Part shown: piece by piece, positions 18,731 through 29,100 of the stretch
Numbering within the stretch: the stretch's first letter is position 1
Layout: every line of letters begins with the position of its first letter
Origin: Abditibacterium sp.
Lineage (GTDB): Bacteria > Armatimonadota > Abditibacteriia > Abditibacteriales > Abditibacteriaceae
Direction of reading: 5' to 3'
Length of the DNA: 64,000 nucleotides
NCBI GenBank assembly: GCA_965199495.1
Contig: CBDASK010000003.1
Location: 1,216,001-1,280,000 of the forward strand
Program-made: the position numbers and the translations under genes
The notes under the pieces: generated by a model
What the model saw: only the letters and a program-made list of their open reading frames with translations
The model's database searches: none
What the model was told of the DNA's origin: nothing

Positions 18731-21404
18731 GCACGACGAATTACAAATCCTGCGCACCAGCCTCGAAAACGGCTCGCCAGTCGCGGAGTTGTCGGAACAG
18801 GCGCCCGCCATTTACCGGCGTCTGGCGCGCGCGTGGCCGCACGGCACGGCGGCTGATTTGGCGGTTTTGCTGCGTCACATTCTGCGTTTTGAAAGCGAGC
18901 GCAGCAGCGGCACCTATTTCTTGCTGATCGATGCAAAAGACCCGCGCTTTGCCAAATGGCGAAGCGCGCAATGGGATCGTTTCGGTCTGACGGCGGGCGT
19001 GCTGGAGTCGCCCTCATGCTTCCGTTTGTCGGCGCGCCCTTGGCGCCCCGATTGGTTAGATTCAACGGGTCTCGGCGCGGGGGAATCTCCCGAAACGCAG
19101 GCGTTCAAAGGCACCGTGCGCCGTAGCTTCGAGTCAGCGACCGGCGATGCGGCGATTGCGGCTCTGGGACGCCAGAGTTACCTGTGTCCTGGCCAGCAAA
19201 GCGCGGTGCGCGCGGTGTTGGCAATGCCCGCAGGAGCGACGCTCTTGATAAATTTGCCGACGGGATCGGGCAAAAGTCTGTGCGCCCAGGTTTTGGCGGC
19301 GGCGCCCTTCGCGCGGGACGAGGGAACGGGCGTCGTTGTTGTCGCGGTGCCCACGACTTCGCTCTGCCTCGATCAGGCCAGAGCGGTCATGAATTTGGTG
19401 CCGCACTCGTGCGCTTTTCATGGCGGGACAGCGCTCGATGAGCGCCGCGCCATCTTCGCGCGGCTTTTTGCGGGCGATCAGCGCATTCTGTTCGCTTCTC
19501 CCGAAAGCCTGATGCACTCGCTCCGTCCGGCGCTTTACGGCGCGGCGCGCAGCGGCTATTTGCGGACGCTCATCGTGGACGAGGCGCACATGATCGAGCA
19601 GTGGGGCGACGAGTTTCGGCCCGCATTTCAGGAGTTGGCCGGACTGCGCCGTGGACTGCAACGCGAGTCCCGCGCCCACGCGCCCCACGCTCCGGCGCTA
19701 CGCACCGTGCTGCTTTCGGCCACCTGGACGGAAAACGCCGTGCGAACGGCGAAGGCGTTGTTCGGTTCTCCCGAAGTAACGAGCGAGATTTCTGGAAAAA
19801 CTGAGCGCGTCAGCGACGCGGCGCAAAGCGGTGACGCCGCGCTGCAAATGTCAGCGACAGTTCAACTGCGGCCCGAACCCGCCTTGTGGATGGCGCCTTG
19901 CCAGGCCGCTTCGGTGCCCGCCGCCGAAGCCCTGCGCGCCGCGCGCGTCTTGGAGGCGCTGCATCATCTGCCGCGCCCGCTCATTCTCTATACATCCAAA
20001 GTCGAGGACGCCGATCTCTGGTTTAATCAATTGCGTAAGCAGGGCTTCGACCGTTTGGCTCTTATGACGGGCAAAACTGGGGGCGATGAGCGCAAGCGGA
20101 TCGTGGACAGTTGGGCGCAGGGCGCTTTGGATATGGTCGTGGCGACTTCGGCTTTTGGTTTAGGCATAGACCAGAGCGAAGTGCGCGCGGTCGTTCACGC
20201 GTGCGTGCCCGAAAATCTCGACCGCTTTTATCAAGAAATCGGGCGCGGCGGGCGCGATGGCCGCGCTTCATTGTCGCTGATCATTTACACCCGCGTGCCT
20301 TCGCGCGCCGATTGGAAGACCGAAGAGGACGACTTGGCCGTCGCGAGCGGCATCGGCAAGAAACGCATCATCACTCTGGAGTTGGGTTTGGCGCGCTGGA
20401 AAGCGATGTTCGCGAGCAAAACGCCCCTGCCGGATGGGCGCTACCAAGTTCCTCTGGACGCGATGCGCGGCCTGGATATGGACAACAGCTACAACCGCGA
20501 TTGGAATTCGCGCACGCTGACGTTGATGAGCCGCGCTGGAGTTTTGACCTTGGATGACGAAGCGCCAGTTGCGACAGTAATCCAAGAAAGTGCGACGGCG
20601 CAGGAGGCAGAAGAATCGTTGTTTCCAATTAAGCCAACGCGAGTGATAACGATTTTAAAAGATCGCCACTTGGAAGAAGAGTTCTGGGACGAAGAAATTG
20701 AGCCGCAGCGCGATAGCACCGCGCGCGCGCAAAAGGCGGGGCTAAAGAGAATGCGCGAACTTCTGGAGGGCAAACGCTGCGCGGCGGAAGTGCTGGCCGA
20801 GAATTACGTTTTGCCTGCGGGATTAATTGGCAACAGATCCGTTCCGGTCGCGCGCAGTTGCGGTGGTTGTCCGGCTTGTCGTCGCGTCGGACGCGAGCCG
20901 TTTTCTCACGAGGCCGTGCCATCGCGCTTTCCCTGGAAACCGCTGCGCCTTCTGGGTGCGGGCGCCCACACCTTGTTTGGCAACGGGAGCCTGGTTGTGC
21001 TCTTCTACGACGAAGCCGCGCCCAAGACGTTGTTGGCGCGCTTTTCTAAACTGTTGGGCTGGAGCGTTAAGCAGGGCATGCGCGGGTTCATCGCGCCCGC
21101 GCAGTGGCGAGGCGATTTGGCAGAGAGTCAAAAATCCGTGCTCCAATCGCGTGGCGTCTTTACTCTGGCGCCCGACGAACTCGACATCAACGTGCCGACG
21201 GTTCTGTTTCATCCGGCGGGCGAAGGTATAAAAGATTGGCACAAGTGGAAGCGGCGCTTTGACTCGCCCGAACTTTACGCGCCGCTGCTGTTGATGTTGC
21301 CCGCCAACACTCCCGATCCGGAGCGGAGCGACCGACTGCTACGCGAATTGGCGACTTTTCCGTGCTGGAGTTTGAGCGAGTGGGAAGCGCGCTTTAGCGC
21401 CTGA
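18723..21404 (+). CDS. dpdF: DpdF, RecQ-like helicase
   Basis: LPTGSGKS, DEAH, WGDEFRP, ATSAFGLGID, YQEIGRGGRDG; AAGGAG RBS; synteny. Confidence 0.88.
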   Translation: MIEHDELQILRTSLENGSPVAELSEQAPAIYRRLARAWPHGTAADLAVLLRHILRFESERSSGTYFLLIDAKDPRFAKWRSAQWDRFGLTAGVLESPSCFRLSARPWRPDWLDSTGLGAGESPETQAFKGTVRRSFESATGDAAIAALGRQSYLCPGQQSAVRAVLAMPAGATLLINLPTGSGKSLCAQVLAAAPFARDEGTGVVVVAVPTTSLCLDQARAVMNLVPHSCAFHGGTALDERRAIFARLFAGDQRILFASPESLMHSLRPALYGAARSGYLRTLIVDEAHMIEQWGDEFRPAFQELAGLRRGLQRESRAHAPHAPALRTVLLSATWTENAVRTAKALFGSPEVTSEISGKTERVSDAAQSGDAALQMSATVQLRPEPALWMAPCQAASVPAAEALRAARVLEALHHLPRPLILYTSKVEDADLWFNQLRKQGFDRLALMTGKTGGDERKRIVDSWAQGALDMVVATSAFGLGIDQSEVRAVVHACVPENLDRFYQEIGRGGRDGRASLSLIIYTRVPSRADWKTEEDDLAVASGIGKKRIITLELGLARWKAMFASKTPLPDGRYQVPLDAMRGLDMDNSYNRDWNSRTLTLMSRAGVLTLDDEAPVATVIQESATAQEAEESLFPIKPTRVITILKDRHLEEEFWDEEIEPQRDSTARAQKAGLKRMRELLEGKRCAAEVLAENYVLPAGLIGNRSVPVARSCGGCPACRRVGREPFSHEAVPSRFPWKPLRLLGAGAHTLFGNGSLVVLFYDEAAPKTLLARFSKLLGWSVKQGMRGFIAPAQWRGDLAESQKSVLQSRGVFTLAPDELDINVPTVLFHPAGEGIKDWHKWKRRFDSPELYAPLLLMLPANTPDPERSDRLLRELATFPCWSLSEWEARFSA

Positions 21405-21420
21405 AAGCCTTTTTAAAATT

Positions 21421-22326
21421 ATGAGCGTTATGCGAACCGTTGAAGCTGTGCCCTCTCGTGTAGTGGGCGTGGCTCGCTTTCTGTTGCACCATAAGGGTAG
21501 CGAAAAAAGGAGCGTCGTCGAGGCGATGATGTCGCCCATTAGCCTGGGCAACGCTGGAGACGATGATGACGCGCCTGTCTCGACTTCAAGATCAGGCGCC
21601 ATGATTTACAGAGTCATTGAAGAGTGCATCAAAATGGGACTCTGTTCAAAAGACGAAGATATGCTATTCCTATCTCCCGAAGTTACTGCAGCATTTCATA
21701 AGAACCGTTTTGATCCAGAAATAATGCGAGTGCAGTTAAGACGCCTAATTTTGAGCGAGAATTCCTCTGCAAACCGCGACATTGGACAGTTCATGACTTG
21801 GTTTTTGGAACAAGATCCTCTAACTTTTGGCGTTGGACAAGAGAGACGTGTGATGTTGATGGGAGCCCTGCGTCAACAGACTGGCGATGAGCAGTTGCGA
21901 GTTACCAATAACAGCCCAGCCGATAATTTCGTCTACTGGTCGGTTTACTTTGGGTTAGCTTGGAAAATGAGTTTTGGCAAAGCCAAAGATGAGCGTGTAA
22001 TACCTGATCCAACGAGTTTGCTTCTGCAGCTCGCGCCCGATTTACTACCGTTAGGAGAAGAGGTGGCAGTTACCTCATTTCTGGAGCAATTAGCTGCGTT
22101 GTGTCCGGTATTTAGCGGCAGCTCCTGGCACGACGAACTGAGGAGCAAAAGTTTTCTGCCCTCGCGCGAGCCGCAGTATCTGCCGCCCGCGCTCAGTTTT
22201 TCGCTGCGGCGTTTGCAGGAGCGCGGCGCCCTCAAGCTCATCGCGCGCGCCGATGCCGAAAGTCGCCTATTATCCGCTTCCGGCGCTCAAACCCAAACCG
22301 TCTCGCACCTGGAGCGTGCGGTTTAG
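21421..22326 (+). CDS. dpdG: DpdG
   Basis: About 300 aa between dpdF and dpdH; W..YFGL...IPDPT and CPVF..G...LSFSLRRL motifs. Confidence 0.75.
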   Translation: MSVMRTVEAVPSRVVGVARFLLHHKGSEKRSVVEAMMSPISLGNAGDDDDAPVSTSRSGAMIYRVIEECIKMGLCSKDEDMLFLSPEVTAAFHKNRFDPEIMRVQLRRLILSENSSANRDIGQFMTWFLEQDPLTFGVGQERRVMLMGALRQQTGDEQLRVTNNSPADNFVYWSVYFGLAWKMSFGKAKDERVIPDPTSLLLQLAPDLLPLGEEVAVTSFLEQLAALCPVFSGSSWHDELRSKSFLPSREPQYLPPALSFSLRRLQERGALKLIARADAESRLLSASGAQTQTVSHLERAV

Positions 22327-22343
22327 AAACCGACTTTTTACTT

Positions 22344-25300
22344 ATGCCCTACCGTAAATTTGTGTGCTGGAAAGAAGCTTCTTTGCCCAAAGTTCTGAAC
22401 ACCGAGGCGTTGCAGATGGACGATCACTTCTTTCTGGCGACGCACCATCCGGTGCAGATGAAGCGCGCCGATCAGCGCAGCGGATTCGCTCTGGCGCAGA
22501 CGCCGGTTTTGGAACAGCAGCAGTTACTGGATGAGCTACTCGATCCTAAGCGCGATTACATCTTGAGCGCGATCTTGGGCGCCCCAGGAACGGGCAAGTC
22601 GCACTTGGTGCGCTGGCTGTGGCTGCACTTGCCCAGGGAAGGCGCAGGCAAACGTCACGTCGTTCTGGTGAGGCGCGGCGCCACTTTGCGCAACGTGATC
22701 GAACTGATCCTGAAGGACATGGAGGGTGAAATTTTCGAGAAACTGCGCGAGCGCCTGGGCCGCGCCGCCCAGAAGACGGTGACGGTCGAAGCCACGCGCG
22801 AACTGTTTATCTCCGATTTGTGCATCGCCGTTGGCCCTCAAGGGCCGCGTTCCAGCCACGTCCCGCCAGGGATGGATCGAGACGATTTGGAAGAGCGCGA
22901 TGCCATCGTCGAGGGATTGCCGGTCTTGCTGCGCTCGTCTTTGTTTATGCAGGAGTTGACGCGTTCGGGCGGCATCGTGGCAGAATTGGTCGAACATACC
23001 GTAGGCAAGCAGGGCATGGAGCGATTGGGGGACAAACGGCGCTTTGCTATCTCGGATATCGCGGTCAAAGATTGGGATTTCTCTTCCACCGATCTCGACA
23101 TCGCCGCGCGCGGCTTCCACAAACTGATTCGCTATAACCCTGAACTTCAGCAAAAGTCGGTGGATTGGATCAACGCCAATCTCGACTGGGCGATGGTGCG
23201 TCTGCTCGACCTCAGCGGCGAAGATTTGATCGGCTTGATGGCCGAAGTGCGCGCCGCTTTACAGCAACAGGGCAAAGAGTTGGTTTTGCTGATCGAGGAT
23301 TTATCGAACTTGCAGGGCATAGACAACGCGCTGTTGGAAGCCCTGTTGGTGCGGCCCAAACAGCAGGAGCAGTTGTGCCCTTTGCGCGCGGTCTTCGCGG
23401 TCACGACGGGCTACTACGCCAGCATCGCCGACAACGTGCGCGAACGCGTCGAATTGCCGGTCACCCTCGACATCAGCGAAGGCGCGAGCGCCGCTTCGCC
23501 CGAAAAGCTGGCGCAGTTCGCCGCGCGTTATCTGAACGCCACGCGCTTCAACGGCGAGGAACTGCGCCAGTGGCACGAGGGCGGGGCCGATGACGCGCCG
23601 CCTAATCACTGCGACAAATGCGATTACCAAGCGCAATGTCACCAGGGCTTTGGCGAGGAGTCCGACATCGGGCTTTACCCATTCACCCAGCGTTCGCTGG
23701 CGCTGATGTATGAGCGCGCGCGCGAAGACCGCCAGCACTTCAACCCGCGCGTTCTCATCAACGTCGTGCTGCGCCGCACGCTCGAACGCGGCGCACAGGA
23801 AATCCCGCAATCCAACTTCCCGCCGCCCGACCTTGCGACGACTTTGGGGACGAACCGCGCCCCTCTGGGCGCCGAATTGACAGCACAAATCGAACGATCT
23901 GTCGCCTCCCCCGACCGCAGAAGGGTCGTGACGCTGGTCGAGTTGTGGGGAGAGCAATCGCAGTGGCTCCAGGCCGATACCGTTCTTGAAGCGTTCGATC
24001 TGGACATGAAGCCGCTCGCGGCTACCATCACGCCGCCCCAAACTATCGTTGTCGCGCCCACAAAGACCACGCCGACTGAGCCAGAGATAACGGTTCCCGA
24101 TGCCGTTACCGAGCAGGTGTTGCCGAGGGAGTTGGAAGCGAATCTCAAAACAGTCGATGCTTGGGTGGGAGGCGCGATTTTGCCGGAGCGGGTCACGGCG
24201 GTGCTGCGCGGCATTCTCTTCGCTTCGCTGCAATCTTACGTGGACTGGGACGCCGAAATGTTCGCGGCTTCGGAGTTCGTCGGGACGGGCAAAATGTTCC
24301 AGCCCGCGAGCTTATATTTCGAGGGGCAACAGACCCAAAGAAAAAACACGGGGGTATCGCTCGCTCTGCCCTTGGCTGGAGAGTCACGCGCCCAACTGGC
24401 GCTCGTTCTTCAAGGAGCTTTGATGCACAACACCTTGGGGCATTGGAACTTCGCCGACGGAGCCGCGCGTTTGCGCCAGTGGGCCAACCTGCTGGAACGT
24501 TGCGCCGCCGAGGTGCTGCGGCAACTGCGCGTGCCGCAGGAGGATAAAAATGAGTGGAGTTCGGCGCCTCTGGCTGCCGAACTGTTGGCGGTGGGCGCGG
24601 CGGTCAATGGCAAGCCGACGCCTTCGCAAACGGCGGATGAGTTTGAAATCGAGGCGCTGTTTGGAGAGTTTCGCAAACTCGACGCACACGATGACACGCG
24701 CTCGGCGGAGTGGAAAAAATTACAAAACACTTTCGCCCTGCATTCGGAGAAGTTGCAGAACTATGTGATGGTGCGCGCGCTTTGCACCAAGGGTGGTCGC
24801 GCGAAAGGCAAAGTCGTGGACGCCTCGCTTTTTGCCGATGAGGTGCGGCGGGTGCGTTCGAGTTGGACGCTCAAAGCTCCGGTTTCGCAGTCGCCGCGCG
24901 CAGATGCCAAGTATCTGTGCGGCTTGCGAGAGTCGCTCGAACCAGCGCTTGAAGCGGCAGTCGAGGCCGAGGCCAACGCTTGCGAGGCTTGGCTGATGAC
25001 CGTTGAGCGCTTAGTGGAGCCAGGCGAAGGACGCAAAGAGATACAGAACGCGCTCGAAGCGGCCCTTGAAGCCTCCGCAGGTCAGGGGTTGGGCACCTCC
25101 ACTGTTGGGATCAAGAACGCGTTAGAAGGCTTTGGCTCTGTGCGTCTTAAGGAGTGCGTGAGCGCGGCGGCGGCATTGCGTGGAAAGATCGGAGTCGCGC
25201 GTCTGCCTCTGGTCGCACGCCCCGAACTGGTGCCGATGCGACAGAAAACTGCGCGCGTTCTTGAACATGGAGAAAGGTTTTTGGACGACTTAGAAAATCG

Positions 25301-25427
25301 AATTCAAAACAAGAAAGCCGAAGTCAGCGGCTCAGGTGATGTTGCCGCTATCCAAGCAGAAATCAGCGATTCACTGAGCCAGCTTTGCTCTGTGTTTACA
25401 GAATTATCCGACCCTAAGAGCACTTGA
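22344..25427 (+). CDS. dpdH: DpdH, P-loop ATPase
   Basis: FLATHHP, GAPGTGKSHLVRWL, ELVLLIED, LYPF, FNPR; synteny. Confidence 0.85.
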   Translation: MPYRKFVCWKEASLPKVLNTEALQMDDHFFLATHHPVQMKRADQRSGFALAQTPVLEQQQLLDELLDPKRDYILSAILGAPGTGKSHLVRWLWLHLPREGAGKRHVVLVRRGATLRNVIELILKDMEGEIFEKLRERLGRAAQKTVTVEATRELFISDLCIAVGPQGPRSSHVPPGMDRDDLEERDAIVEGLPVLLRSSLFMQELTRSGGIVAELVEHTVGKQGMERLGDKRRFAISDIAVKDWDFSSTDLDIAARGFHKLIRYNPELQQKSVDWINANLDWAMVRLLDLSGEDLIGLMAEVRAALQQQGKELVLLIEDLSNLQGIDNALLEALLVRPKQQEQLCPLRAVFAVTTGYYASIADNVRERVELPVTLDISEGASAASPEKLAQFAARYLNATRFNGEELRQWHEGGADDAPPNHCDKCDYQAQCHQGFGEESDIGLYPFTQRSLALMYERAREDRQHFNPRVLINVVLRRTLERGAQEIPQSNFPPPDLATTLGTNRAPLGAELTAQIERSVASPDRRRVVTLVELWGEQSQWLQADTVLEAFDLDMKPLAATITPPQTIVVAPTKTTPTEPEITVPDAVTEQVLPRELEANLKTVDAWVGGAILPERVTAVLRGILFASLQSYVDWDAEMFAASEFVGTGKMFQPASLYFEGQQTQRKNTGVSLALPLAGESRAQLALVLQGALMHNTLGHWNFADGAARLRQWANLLERCAAEVLRQLRVPQEDKNEWSSAPLAAELLAVGAAVNGKPTPSQTADEFEIEALFGEFRKLDAHDDTRSAEWKKLQNTFALHSEKLQNYVMVRALCTKGGRAKGKVVDASLFADEVRRVRSSWTLKAPVSQSPRADAKYLCGLRESLEPALEAAVEAEANACEAWLMTVERLVEPGEGRKEIQNALEAALEASAGQGLGTSTVGIKNALEGFGSVRLKECVSAAAALRGKIGVARLPLVARPELVPMRQKTARVLEHGERFLDDLENRIQNKKAEVSGSGDVAAIQAEISDSLSQLCSVFTELSDPKST

Positions 25428-25431
25428 ATTT

Positions 25432-26142
25432 ATGATTTTTCTTACCCAACGCAGCGCACAGGCTGTAATACAAATTGGCGAAATCAAGCAGTTGAACGAA
25501 ATCGCTAAAAGCGTGGACGAATTCGCCAGTCGCCGCGACCAGTTCGTTCGACAGTGCGACGCTTTTGCGCCTCTACTCGCGCAAGTCCGCTTGTTCCGAG
25601 CGCGCGGCTTGAACGTCACCGCGCCACAGTTGATCTATTTTTTGTTGAAAGAGTTCTCCCAATTGCAACAGGAGTTCGAGACGCAACCCGAATCGCTGAC
25701 CCAGACGAACCTAAACAAGATATTCAATCAGTCACAAAACTGCCAGCAAGCATTGAGGGACGAATTAGAACGCGTCTGGCACGAATACGTGGACGCGAAA
25801 CGATTAAAGCTCGATCAGGCATTGCTGGGCGTTTTGAGCGTAGTGCCCGCTTTTGGCGATGCGGTCGCCTATTTGGAAGAGTGGGACGAAAAGATCGAGG
25901 CGCAGCGCAACCGCGTGCCAACTGATAAGGGCGGCTTCGAGAACTTACAACGCTCAATTGACGAGATGCAGCGCATCTGGAACGACCTGGGTGGCGCGGG
26001 TTTACCAGCGGACTTGGTGAATTTCCTGCGCATCGCGGGCGATAAGAGCATCGGCGCGCGGTTGGAGTTGCTCGACCAGATTCGGCCTTGGCTCAAAGAT
26101 CGGGGATTGGAGGGATCATTTCGTGTCGTTATTTCAGGCTGA
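25432..26142 (+). CDS. dpdI: DpdI-like helical protein
   Basis: 236-aa coiled-coil-rich ORF between dpdH and dpdJ; assigned mainly by position and size. Confidence 0.6.
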   Translation: MIFLTQRSAQAVIQIGEIKQLNEIAKSVDEFASRRDQFVRQCDAFAPLLAQVRLFRARGLNVTAPQLIYFLLKEFSQLQQEFETQPESLTQTNLNKIFNQSQNCQQALRDELERVWHEYVDAKRLKLDQALLGVLSVVPAFGDAVAYLEEWDEKIEAQRNRVPTDKGGFENLQRSIDEMQRIWNDLGGAGLPADLVNFLRIAGDKSIGARLELLDQIRPWLKDRGLEGSFRVVISG

Positions 26143-29100
26143 TCCCAACCAAAACCTCGCGGTCGAACTGCTCGACCGCCTCGAAGCGCGCGAATACGAA
26201 CTGCTGACCTGGGGCTTTCTCGATGGCGGCTTCTCGCGCGAGGAACTCGAAGAACACGCCGAGCAAGTCCTCGACGCTCACAGCGTTTACCACATCGGCG
26301 CGGACGATTTGATCGAGTCGCTGCGCGAGGGCAAATTGCTGTTCGAGTTCAATTTGGATCAGCGAATTTTGTGGCGCACGCGCTTTGCTGAGGCCATTCG
26401 TTTGTTCGCGCGTCTGCGCCAGATTTTCAAGGCCGACGGCTGGGCCATCGCGCCGTCGCTCGTCTCCGATTTTCGCCTGTCGGTGCGTCCGCGTCGTTAC
26501 CCCCTGCGCAATATCCTGCCCGCGCAGGTGCAGCAGGATTTGACCCGTGCCATCGCGCCGCGCTCAATGCAGCCGATAGAAAGGGCGGCGCTCAATGCTC
26601 TGACTCAGGGCGCCGGAGGGGAGCCGTTGCAGCTTTCCAGATTTCAGGTCGAGGCTGCCGCGCAACTGCTTAGCGCGGGCGACGGCCAGGCGCGCGGCAC
26701 CATCGTGTGCGCCGGAACCGGAACCGGCAAGACCATCGCGTTCTATTTGCCCACGCTGATTCAGATCGCGCGCACCATGAGCGCCGAGGCGTTTTGGGTG
26801 CAGGCATTGGCGATTTATCCGCGCAACGAACTGCTCAAAGACCAGTTCACCGAGGCCTATGGGCAGGCGCGCAAATTGGACGCGCTCACCCAAAATCGGC
26901 AGGGGCGCAAAATTCTCATCGGCGCTTTTTATGGCGACACGCCCAACAACGCGGCGGGCGCGCGTTACAAATGGAAGAAATCCAACGTCAGCAACTCCAA
27001 CGTCTACATCTGCCCGATGCTGCGCTGCCCGATTTGTGACGGAGACTTGGCCTGGCGCGACGCCGACATTACGCTTGGAAACGAAGAGTTGCACTGCTTG
27101 ACTTCGGGTTGTGCGGGCGGGACGCGCGCCGATGAAGTGGTGCTGACGCGCCAACGGATGCAGGGCGGTAAAGATCGCCCCGCGCAAGTGCCGGATATTC
27201 TGTTCACCTCGACGGAGATGCTTAACCGCTCGATGAGTTCGACGTGGAATCGCCCTCTTTTTGGCGTCGATGTGCCGACCGAACGCGCGGTCAAGTTCGT
27301 GTTATTGGACGAGGTGCATACCTACGGCGGCACGCACGGCGCGCAGGTTGCGCTCCTGCTGCGTCGCTGGAAGAAGGCGGCGGGCGCCGCGCCCCATTTC
27401 GTAGGTTTATCGGCGACCTTGGCCGATCCGCAGGCGTTTTTCGCCGATATTACGGGCTTGCCGCTTGGGCGGGTGGCGCCGATTGCCGTCGGCGAGGCGC
27501 TCGAAGCCGAGGGCAAAGAGTATCAGTTGGTTTTGCGCGGCGATCCGGTTTCGGGCACGAGTCTGCTCTCGACTTCGATTCAAGCCGCCATGCTGCTCGC
27601 GCGCGTGATGGAACCGCCTGGCGGCGAAGCGGATGAACTGTGGGGCCAACGAGTTTTCGCGTTTACCGACGATTTGGACGTGACCAATCGCCTGTTCCAC
27701 AACACTTTGGACGCTGAGGGGCGCAACAGTCAGGGGCGCATCAAAGCGGGCCGCAACGGTCAGCCCGCTGATCCTCCGTTGGCCTCGTTACGTAGCGAAT
27801 CGCAACCCGCACCCGCCGAACGGATGTTAGAAGGCCAGAACTGGAAAATCTGTGAGGAGATCGGCCACGATCTGGGCGATGCCGTTTCTTCGCCAGGCGA
27901 TAGCGCGCGTCTGCGCGTGGGCCGCACCAGTTCACAGGACGCGGGCGTGGACGCGCGCAGCCAACTTATCGTGGCGACGGCCTCGCTCGAAGTCGGGTTC
28001 AACGATCCGACGGTGGGCGCGGTCATGCAGCACAAAGCGCCGCGCGATGCCGCTTCATTTCTGCAGCGCAAAGGTCGCGCGGGCCGCCGTCGCCGCACGC
28101 GGCCTTGGACGGTCGTTGTCCTCTCGGATTATGGGCGCGACCGCTTGACTTACCAAAACTACGATCAGCTTTTCGATCCCGTTTTGGAAAAACCGTCGCT
28201 ACCGATTGATAATCGCTACGTGCTGCGCATTCAAGCGACTTATGCCTTCATGGATTGGATGGCGGACAAGCTCAAGCGCGGCTATCGTGGCAGCGTGTGG
28301 GAGGACTTTACCGATCCATCTGACAACAGGTATGAAGCCGAACGCCAGGAAAATGAGGTCAACATTATCCGAGGCATTTTGGATAGCGATGGGCCGCTTC
28401 GCCGCGAGTTAGCCGAGCATTTGCGACAGTCGCTGCAAATCTCTGCCGACGAGGTGCGCGCGGTAATGTGGGAGCCGCCGCGCGCGCTTATGACGGCGGT
28501 TTTGCCGACGCTGTTGCGGAGGCTATCCTACCGTTGGCGCGTTTTGGGGCGGCCCAACGAGTTCGATCTCAAGTCGGACAACGCGCCTTTGCCAGAGTTT
28601 GTAACCGCCAACTTGTTCTCCGATCTGAACACGCCCGAAGTGATGATCACGGCACCGCGCCAATTCAAGAAAGCGGATGACGAAGACTACCAAGAAACGA
28701 TGCCGCTTTCGCAGGCTTTGCGCGCGTGCGCGCCAGGCCGCGCCCTGCGTCGTTTCGCCTCGCAGTCCATCGCCGATAACCATTGGATCGAACCGGCGGC
28801 TTTAGAGTCGGGCGAGTATTCGCTGGAAATTGGACAATTTTGCCGCGCCGAACGCCGCGAGAATTTGGGCGAGTTCGAGGCTTATATCGAGGGCAATGCT
28901 GCGTCGTTCTCGTGCTGGCGTCCGCAGGAGATGCAGTTGCAGCAGGTGCCAAATGAGATTCGCAATACCTCCAACGCGCAGTTACAGTGGCACTCCCAGT
29001 TTCTGCCGCCCGCATTACCCAACGCCGATTGTGATGTGCCGCAGGGATCGCTGTGGAACGAATGGATTCGCGCGGTGCGGTTTTACACCCATAACGAGCG

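Noticed and set aside
23301..24233. Long antisense ORFs (also 29015-29761, 35351-36187, 45127-45837) and alternative-frame ORFs such as 50971-51963
   Set aside because: Shadow ORFs expected in GC-rich coding DNA; they overlap well-supported genes.
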